Positions 54,974 through 64,000 of a stretch of DNA of 64,000 nucleotides are shown here, in pieces (within the stretch, counting starts at the first letter, position 1; the number at the start of each line of letters is the position of its first letter). Under the pieces are notes generated by a model. That model was not told the origin of the DNA, searched no databases, and saw only the letters and a program-made list of their open reading frames with translations. Position numbers and translations under genes: made by a program. This DNA comes from Eledone cirrhosa (taxonomy: Eukaryota): positions 22,444,001 to 22,508,000 of the forward strand of contig OZ024764.1 in NCBI GenBank assembly GCA_964016885.1, read 5' to 3'.

Positions 54974-55389
54974 TCTATATACTACTAAAACTCTGTAATT
55001 GTGTCTTGTCTGTAATTTAATACAGCTAAAACAGTGCATAATGGGGAAATACTTTGAAAAGAATAAAACAAATTTTGTATAAATTGGAGCACAGATTCCC
55101 AAGATACGGGGTTTTCTGGGTACCTTCATAAATATAGGGAGAGAAAGAGATAGTTGTTGTGAGAGTGTGGATTGAAAAGGAGAGATAGGAGATGGATGGA
55201 AAGGGGAAGAGAGAGAGAGAGAGAGCTGGTGGTGATGTTTAATAAAATGTGTGTGTATATATATATATATATGTGTCTATATATATATATGTCTATATTT
55301 TAACTAGTTGAAAATTATTTTTAAGTGAACATGATTTTAGAAAAAATAGTTTTAAGGGAACGTGACCCAACAGGTCCCGGGTGGTCTAG
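54974..55389 (+). mobile_element. Non-autonomous Helitron, copy 4
   Basis: TC start, hairpin, CTAG|T end. Confidence 0.7.
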
Positions 55390-55577
55390 TTTGTTACTAA
55401 ATACTAGATATTAGAGGGTCATGTTGTTCTAGATGTTCTGGAAGAGCCATTCCATCTCGTGAGGCTCACACCAGCAGCTAGCCACCTCAGCACCTATGGT
55501 GATATATTTATTATATTATTTATTCTTTATCATTAACATTAATATAAAAGATAATTATATATTTTTAGAGAAGAACC

Positions 55578-56330
55578 TTTTTGTTGTGACACCTACACGA
55601 CCACTTTAAAGTTTTGGCTGGGTTCTTTTTGTTGTCACCTACATGACCACTTTACAGTGTGGGCTGGGTACTTTTTGTCATATCACCTACATGACCACCT
55701 TATAATGTTGACTGTGTGTTCTCTACAGTGTGGGTTGGGTGCTTTTTCTCATATCTCCTACCCAACCACTTTGCGGTGTGGGCAGTGAAATATCAGTAAT
55801 GCACCAGCTCCAATATTCAGTAATCAGAAGAAGGGAGGTAGGCATAAAAGCCAAACTTGCTGTCTTCAATTATGTTTTTGTGCCAACCCTTACCTATGGT
55901 CACATATCTTGGGTAATGACCAAAAGAATATGATTGGGAATACAAATGTCAGATATGGGATTCCTCTGAAGGGTCTTTGAAGGAACGTTTCTCAATAAAG
56001 TGCATAGCTCTGAGATCAGAGAGTCACTCCAGGTGGAGCTGTTACTTCTCCTAATTGAGAGATCACAGCTGCAATACTATGGCCATGTGGTTAGAATGTC
56101 TGAGGAAAGAATCACTGGATAGATTTTACAGGCTAAACTAACCGGCAGAAGACCCAGGGGTAGACCTGAGCAAGATGGTCACATAACATCCATGAGCTTG
56201 GCTGGTCTCTCTGGGAGATCCAGCCAGATCAGTTGGAGTGGGTTGCTTCTGACAGGACCTGTTGAAGGGAGTGTTTGAGGACTCTGCCACCAAGACCCTC
56301 TCTGGAATAAGTGGGTTAATAAGAAGAGGT
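55578..56330. mobile_element. Truncated RTE tail repeats plus RTE C-terminal fragment, copy 4
   Basis: Homologous to 4380-5330; about 0.5 kb is deleted upstream. Confidence 0.65.
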
Positions 56331-56617
56331 TGAGGTTACATAATCAACATCAGATTTCCCTGCTAGCAAGGGTTTAATGAGTCTACTTCAACCAAGTAAG
56401 TACTGAAGTGAGGCTACTGATCTCTAGACAGACCAAGGATCTGAGACTTATTTACATAAGGTCTCATTAGCTACTGAGTGCACAGAAAAGGTTGTCATGT
56501 CTTTGTCATGATTGAAGGGTTCTCCAACCCTATTGTCGGGCAAGCTTTCTATAGCTAGATGTCCTTCACATGACCAACCACATTACAGCCTGTGTTGGGT
56601 GTGTTTATCATGTAGGT

Positions 56618-58980
56618 GAGGCATAAGAAACTGAGGGTTGCCCAAGGGCCACATAGGTCACGTGTTGTCTGAGGGTTGCACACTACAACTAATTATGTAC
56701 ACGACAACTAATTAAAGTCATTTAATAAAATATATTGCAGAAAGATTTGTTACTTAAATTTAGAAACATACAATGTACATACAAATGTTTTAGCAGCATT
56801 CATGAATACAAAGTAATGAAGTAGTTTGACAAAAAACTAAAATTTAACATGTCAACATATACTTGCAGATTGTAACAGCAACAAATACATTGTACACAAA
56901 TAACAACAGTTCAAAACTGAACATTTATTTGCTACTATTCAACCATTTTTAGTGTTTTGTCCTGAGGCTTGACACTTCTTTCTGTTGACAATGTTTGGTA
57001 TGTCTGGCTGAAATGTTTGTACAGTTCCAACTTTGATCAGATGACAAGTGTTGATCAGTCAGCCTTGTTCTCTGAGAAGTTTTTGTTAATTTCATGAAGG
57101 AAAATAACTGTCCACTCACATAGGTAGAACCAAACATTGCCATAATCTTTGTGACAAACTTTCTGATGTTAATACACTTTTTAGGAAGGTATGAAAAGAA
57201 ACCAGGTATCCCCACTACAAGATACTTTGTTCTGAGTGTAGAATCTGACTGCATTTCCAATAGTTCCATCTGCAGGCATTCTTCTGCCTTCATCAAAGGT
57301 GAATGGTGCTGAGAATAATGTAAACTGATGTTCAAAAAATGAGATATCACAAAATCTTTCTTGAAATTTCTTTAACAACAATTCCAGGTGACTGTCATAC
57401 TTAACTAGGCTAAATACAGACTCAGTATTGGCAGTGATTTTCAGCTCTTTGCACATAGGGAAATGAACTAAATTTTCATCTGACGACGAAGATTTCCATA
57501 AGCTTAGTTTTCTAATGAAGCACTTGATGTCATCATTCAACTGATTAATGGGTTTGTTTTAACCTTGTAATTTCAAGTTAAGATCAGTTAATTGTGCAGT
57601 AAATCCACAACAAAAGCCAGATGTTGGAGCCAACTTTCATCTTTTATTTCATCTGTGTTTTAACCTTTTATCTCCAAAAACATAATTATTTCTTTTCTCA
57701 ACAAATAGCATCTTTTCAGCACTTTGTGACATGTCAACCAGCAGACTTCTGTGTAGAATGGAACATCGGTGAACTGATTATCTATATCTTCCAACAACTG
57801 GCTGAACTGACGGTGGTTGAGAGCATGGCCTCTGATTTAGTTCACTGTCTTTGTGACCAAGCTAAGCACATGATGCAATTTTAAAATCTTTGAACATGAA
57901 TTTTGCTGATGAATAATAGTGAAAATGTGCAAATGATGAATCTAGATATGAGTTTTCTATTTTTGTTTGTAGCTTGGCAGCAACACCATTATGTCTACCA
58001 ACCATATTTGCAGCACTGTCAGTAGATAAACATGCAAGTTTACTCAGATCAAAACCATGCAAACCCTGCTTGACCTTCTCAAAGATGTCCTGGATTGTTA
58101 TAGTGTCATGCATGGGAACCAGTTCAATCAGTTCTTCATAAATATTAAATTCACTGTCACAGGCCCTGGTGAAGAATGCAAGCTGTACTATTCCAGTGAT
58201 GTCAACAGTCTCTTCAATAGCAATAGAAACATGTTCAAACCTTGATGATACAGCCTTTAACTTGTTTCAGATCACCTGACATTTCATTAATCTGTTCAGC
58301 AACAGTGTTCCTGGTTAATGAAATGTCTTTGAATAACTCTGCTTTCTCTGGACAATTTCGGCTGTTTTACAAGACATTACTTTACAAAATCTCCTTCACT
58401 GTAAGATTTCCCACTCATGGCAATCATTCGACTGAGTTCATAGCTTGCAGTAACGGAAGTGACATTCTCTTCCTGAGTTAACATAAAACAGGTCTGTTGC
58501 TGTGTCAAGTTAACCTTCAATTCCTTGAGTCTTGAAACACACATTGGGCCTTCATATTTATTGTAAGATCGAGGGTTTGTTTCATAATGTCTTTTTAAAT
58601 TGTACTCTTTTGTCGTGGCGATGTAGTTGTTGCAAATTAAACAGTGTATCTTTCTGTTCACCGTTGGACAAAAATACTGTAATTCCCACTTTTCTTGAAA
58701 CACTTGCCCTTCTTCGTTCAATTTCCTTTTTCTCTTAGCTGGAGGAGCACTAACCATTTCAAAAACAAAAACTTTTGAAATTTTGAAAGAAAGTATTCTG
58801 TTAATGAGCTGCACGTGATTAATGGAAGTTAAAAGTAGTTGACAAAAATTGCACAAAAAAAATAATTGTATCGAAAATGTTTTAAATTTTATATTACGAA
58901 AATGAAACATGGTCGCACTGTAAAAACCTTTGTGTGGGCCGCAGCTTTGCTTGCAAAGGGCCGCATGTTTGACATGTCTG
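56618..58980 (-). mobile_element. hAT Buster/SPIN-like transposon, copy 4 (most complete)
   Basis: TSD at 56610-56617 and 58981-58988. Retains the dimerization-domain segment (LQMELLEMQ...MFGSTYVSGQLFSFMK) but is still frameshifted. Confidence 0.9.
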
Positions 58981-59079
58981 ATGTAGGTTACCAACACTAG
59001 GGAGGGCAGCATGTCCTTCAGTGTGTTCTGCTACATTAACTACCAGGAGGTCACCACATGAGACAAAGACTACATTTCA

Positions 59080-59900
59080 AAGAAGGGTCATAAAAGAACT
59101 AAATACGAAAGTACCCACAGCAACAAGCAAATAATTGAGCTTTGGGTCTAGGTCAAGGGGCAGAAGTGCTGCGCCCTGTGGATAAGACTGCAAAAGTATT
59201 CGCCCCGGGCGATGGACAGTGACACCCACTGCAACAGCCACCCCAACCTCATGGGGCTCCCTCTTCAGAAGAGCCACCAACGTTCTGATCTTACAGAGGA
59301 GCTTGGCAGTATGGGGTCCAAGTACTTCTGAGGTCTCGATGGTGACCGGTGTGAAGAGACCTACAATTGATGTCATCCCAGTTATGTTGGACTGTAATAT
59401 ACTGGGGTATAGAGAGGCCTTAACCTGTCACAGCCGGGCCACCCAGGGTTGTGTCATCTAGGTACCAGACAGGGGTAACTAGACCATGTTGTCAACTGTC
59501 AGCACCAATAGGAGTGAGGCGAGTGGGTCCCCTTGCTAGACACCATATATAAAAACGTATTTGCTAATTACTTTAATGAATAATTTGTTTCAAACGTAAT
59601 TATTACTTTTAACACGATAGGATTTTGTACACGTGTTTGTTTGAAAACATCTTTCAAAGAAGTATGAGACAGTCTTTTGTAGTGTTTATTATAATAAATT
59701 ACTGTATGTTGAGCTGTTTTAACTTCTCCACCTTCTATTATTTCATATTGTTTTTGTAAAAAAACGAGATCTTTTTCATATATATATATGAAGGCGTGTG
59801 GCTGAGTGGTTAGAGAATTGGATTCGGAATTGTGAGGTTGTGAGTTCGATTCTCAGACTAGGCGATGCGTTATGTCCTTGAGCAAGACACTGCTCCTTCT
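59080..59900. mobile_element. CRE fragment (-) and tRNA-SINE (+, from about 59790), copy 4
   Basis: Homologous to 7780-8580. Confidence 0.65.
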
Positions 59901-61367
59901 ACCTAGTGTTGCGACCGATAGATAGTATTAGCAATTAGAAAGACCAATGGAAACATTGTTTCCTCGGTCCGATTTGACGAAAAGTCGATCATAAAAAATA
60001 TACATAAATATATATATAGAGAGAAACATACACTACTTTTTAACATGTAAGGGGAGACAACTCTCGTTACATCCACTCTTCTTTTTTTATATACGTTCTT
60101 CAAATACTTTGTTCAAAGGAATCTGCTTTATTTTGTCCTAAGTAGATTTCTGTTTAAGTTTTTACGTGATTCACAATGATTCACGTAACCAAGTTACTTA
60201 CATAGAGATATATTTCACATAGAATCACAACAAATGAAAATATTAAGTCAACACTCTGTCAATCAGTCTCACATCACATGGGGTGCTGGAGTCTCCCTCT
60301 AATACTTTCTGAGACAGTCTTACCTCGAGTGATAGCAAGGCTAAGATGTTGGAACTACCAAACACCCTCATATGTATCACCTGACACCTCGGTAAGGAGA
60401 GCTGCCAATGATAACAAGAACCTCGTTGTCAGGGACCTATCTCCTCCAAACTTCTCCAACACCACAGACTAGAATATTCTACTCTTTATTCCCTATCAAA
60501 TATATTTCAGTCTAGTCATTTATCTTGTATCTTGTATATATATTTTCAAAACTAACTGTCACATTTGTGAGACCCCAGTTAGTGATGTTTTTGTCTCCCT
60601 CCCACATCCTACATGCTGTAGTAAAAGTGAGGGTCACTGCTTCTGTAGACGAACAAAATAAAAGTTAAACTACCAGTAATTATCGGCAAAGTATTTATTC
60701 CAGTCTGTGATGTTTGAGAAGCTGGGCTGCTGACAACGAAGTTGTTGTCACTGTTGGTGGCTGGCTTTACCGAAGTACCCGATGACTCTTGTGAGGGTAC
60801 TTAGCTGTTCTGGCAACTTAGCCCCCATATGACCCGATCTTACCGAGATACCCGGGGATCTCTGTAAGAGTACTTAGCTGTCCTACTTTAATTACATTTA
60901 CTGTTTTCAACGTTATTTTTTTTTATTACAAACTTTACATAAAGTAAAAATATTTTTACGTCACAAAAAATATTTTTACGTCACAAAAAAACTAGAAATA
61001 TAAAATGTTATCGTAATTATCTATATTTTACCTACCTCTAATTAATTAAAGTGAAAACTTTTGTTGTTGCTGAAAAATAAATTAACAAAACTAAATATTT
61101 AAATATTCTAAAGGTCGTTTTTATATTATGTGATGATATAATTAATATATTTTATTACAATTGTATAAATTTACAGTAGAATAACGTTGTAAATATGTTT
61201 TAAATATATACATAAATAACGTGTGTAAATAACATTATAAATTGCTGGCAATTCCTTGAGAAAGACATTACAAATATATTGTCTAAACTGTGTATATTAA
61301 TATAATTTATTGAACAATAATGATAAAGGAAAGAAAAACACAGTGGGAGATGGCAATTGACCACCAA

Positions 61368-64000
61368 ACGAGGTAAACATTTTCAACTTTCCCCTTTTTT
61401 TGCTTTGTCCGAGACAACTCAAAATATTCTTCAAGGAACTGGATTTTCCATTCGGTTGGATCGAACGGATTTTACCATTTATAATCTACGGAGAGGAATA
61501 ACAGATGTTCGGAGGAAAAAAGAATTGTTTGTGGCAACAACGTAGGGAACCAACCTGGAGCAATTGTATCACACAATTATACTTTCCTCCTTAACATACA
61601 CTTACAATTTTTCAAAATCAAACCCCCCAAATATGAAATATAAATAATTATAAATGGCGAGGAACCATCCCATCTCCCTCTTGAAATAACCTGAATCTAT
61701 TTATAGTCAGGTGTGACTGAAAGGTCAATCCATACTTCCATTCTATTTCACAGAATTAGAAGCTTTGACCACTTGATAGAATTCAGGTCCAGTAATGTAA
61801 TCACTCCGTAATTGTAAACATCTTGTATCACTATCATTCAGGTTTTGATTTTACTCAAGTCTTGCCCATGTTTTTTTTTTTTTTCTTTTTTACACAAACT
61901 CACAATTTCGGTTTTTACTGTGGATTTACCCATGCGAACTATTACACAAACTCACAGCCTTAGATTTTGTATTTCTAGCGTTTTTATTTTCCTTCTCTTT
62001 GCATGTTCAGTGCTCTTTCTCTCCCACTGTATTTATCTGCCTCTCACATGACCACACTCCTCTCCACGCACTCATCATCTTCTCACTCCTTCTACACCTT
62101 CCAAAGCTGGCCCTCTACTGCCGGCTGTTGCCAGCCCGCCACCTGATTGCGCCCTCTGTGCCCGCACTAACCAGTACTTAAAGACAATTAAGTCACCTAT
62201 GCCACGCAACCTACCACAGAAGCTGTGTCGGCATCACTAAAGCTCAAGCCGAAAGGCTTCAACACTGGACCTGTCATCGGTGCCACTTCAGCTCCGACTA
62301 TTCCGTGGGGATGACCAACACTCTACCGACGACTTTCCACAGTCCCCCAGGGCTTCTCCAAATCAAAGCTCGTTAACCGGACCCTTAAGAGAGCTCAGAA
62401 CAGCTTTGCAGGTGCCCTCTCTAATTTACTGAAAAACGTTTGCTCATCCAACAATAGACTGGCAGATATTGTTTTTGTTTCCCCTCATCTCTCTTCACGT
62501 GCACAATGCGAACTCGGGTTCCCTCAAGTCCTCTCTCAAGCGGCAGTTCCAGCTCTTTGAGTCCACCCCAACCACGTCTCATCTCAGTTCGTCTCCGAGC
62601 TCGGTGTCCACCAACAGACAACCGGTAGACCTCAAGCGAGCCGTCAATGCCAAATTCAGCGAATTTGACATTAAAGGGGCTGTCCTCCCTTGCTCCATGC
62701 AACTCTGACTCTCGTGAGCGTCTGAAAGAGAAGCACCCCCAGATGATCAGCAACACTGGCCCGAACCACCAGAATACTTGAGACCGGTTTACACCACCAA
62801 TATCATCAGAAAGGCAATTTCATCCTTCATCCTCAACACCTCAAGGATGGTATCTCCTTATCGGCCGGTGATGCCGGACTCGAGCTCTTGGAGAGTCTGA
62901 CTCAGTTTGTGAATCAGTGAACGTTCTCCCGTTCATCCGCCCACTGTTCTTCGGTGCAAAGCTATTTGGTCTCACCAAGCCCAACGGGGACCTGTGCCGC
63001 ATTGCGGTTGGCTGCACACCTCACCGCCTCACTGCAAAGGCGTGATTGCTGTTGGTCTCCAACCCACTGACGGAGGAATTTTCCCCCATCCAGCTGTGGG
63101 TGGGTACCAGGATGGGATGTGTGGCTGCTGTCCACGCTGCCAGAGCATTTGCCAACTTGCCCTCCTCATCCCCCAAGGTCATCCTCAAACTTGACCTCAG
63201 GAATGCCTTCAACTCCGTCAGCCGTAACATCGTCCTCGGCTCAGTAAGAGAGAGGGTCTCACAACTCTACCACTTTGCTTGGCAGGCTTATCGGGAGCCC
63301 TCCTACCTCTCTTTCAGTGACTAGATCATCACCTCTGCCTCAGGAGTCCAACAGGGTGACCCACTCGGAACCCCCCCTCACTGGACATTGATGACGTCAC
63401 CAAGATGGGGGTTGAGTTGGACCTCAATGTCTGGTAGCTCGACGACGCCTGTTTGGGGGGAACTCCGGATATGGTTCTCGCCACTGCCAACAGGATGGTG
63501 GAGGAGCTTGGCGCCGGGGTCTCCAGATCAATAGCTCCAAATGTGAGCTCTGGATCCTCAACCACCCGGCTTCTTAACACCAACAGCTGATCGACCTGTT
63601 CGCAGAGTCCTTCCCTTCCATCACGGTCCCTCCCCCGTCGGCTTGGTGCTCCTTAGGAGCCCCGATCACAGACCTGGCCTTCGAGTCAACCATCCAATCG
63701 AAGATGGTTGGCCTTGAGCAGCTGCTGAGGAATATTGAAGATATCGAACGCCATCAAGGTTTCTTCTTACTCAGGAACTACCTGTCTATTCCTAAGCTTC
63801 TGTATCTGCTCAGGGTCAGCCCCTCTCACAGATTTCCATCCTGCCTCGAACACTTCGACGACCTAATCTTCGAGAGACTCGAGTGTCTGGTTAATGTTAG
63901 TAAGTGTTCGTCCCTCTCTCTCCCCTGCTTCCTTTCCTCCACCCAAGCTTGCAGCATCCTCTCCTCTCCAACATGGACTAGTTGCAACAGGGAGTTGTGT
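61368..64000 (+). mobile_element. CRE-clade LINE block, second copy, runs off the window
   Basis: Near-identical to 41588-44670 with the same stops, plus a deletion of about 440 bp at 62103. Confidence 0.85.

Overview
AT-rich animal genomic DNA, probably octopus or another coleoid cephalopod (inferred from the [10 protein letters not shown]-type fingers and the repeat families). The window holds about four copies of a 15-20 kb tandem segmental duplication; the same hAT target-site duplication recurs at 7657, 23813, 38975 and 58981. Each copy carries one KRAB-less poly-C2H2 zinc-finger gene on the + strand: ZNF-1 (<1-1041, frameshifted), ZNF-2 (16166-17365, 14 fingers, intact), ZNF-3 (31968-32747, 9 fingers, premature TGA, missed by the ORF track) and ZNF-4 (51298-53256, 23 fingers, intact). 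The inferred gene model is a compact promoter with a non-coding exon 1, a 5-9 kb TE-filled intron, and one coding exon. After the stop come a splice donor, an AATAAA, and a relic ZNF exon with its own acceptor. Co-duplicated TE fossils include a Buster/SPIN-like hAT with an 8-bp TSD, a non-autonomous Helitron, RTE and CRE-clade LINE pieces, SINEs and a MITE. Copy-specific changes include a PHD-bearing RTE, a CR1, a CRE-clade block, a 651-bp foldback element, a 39-bp minisatellite expansion and a promoter deletion. Shared indels conflict between copies, and 84-bp finger modules are reshuffled between paralogs. No rRNA, tRNA gene or CRISPR array was found. All coordinates and comparisons were made by eye, so TE boundaries without TSDs are approximate.
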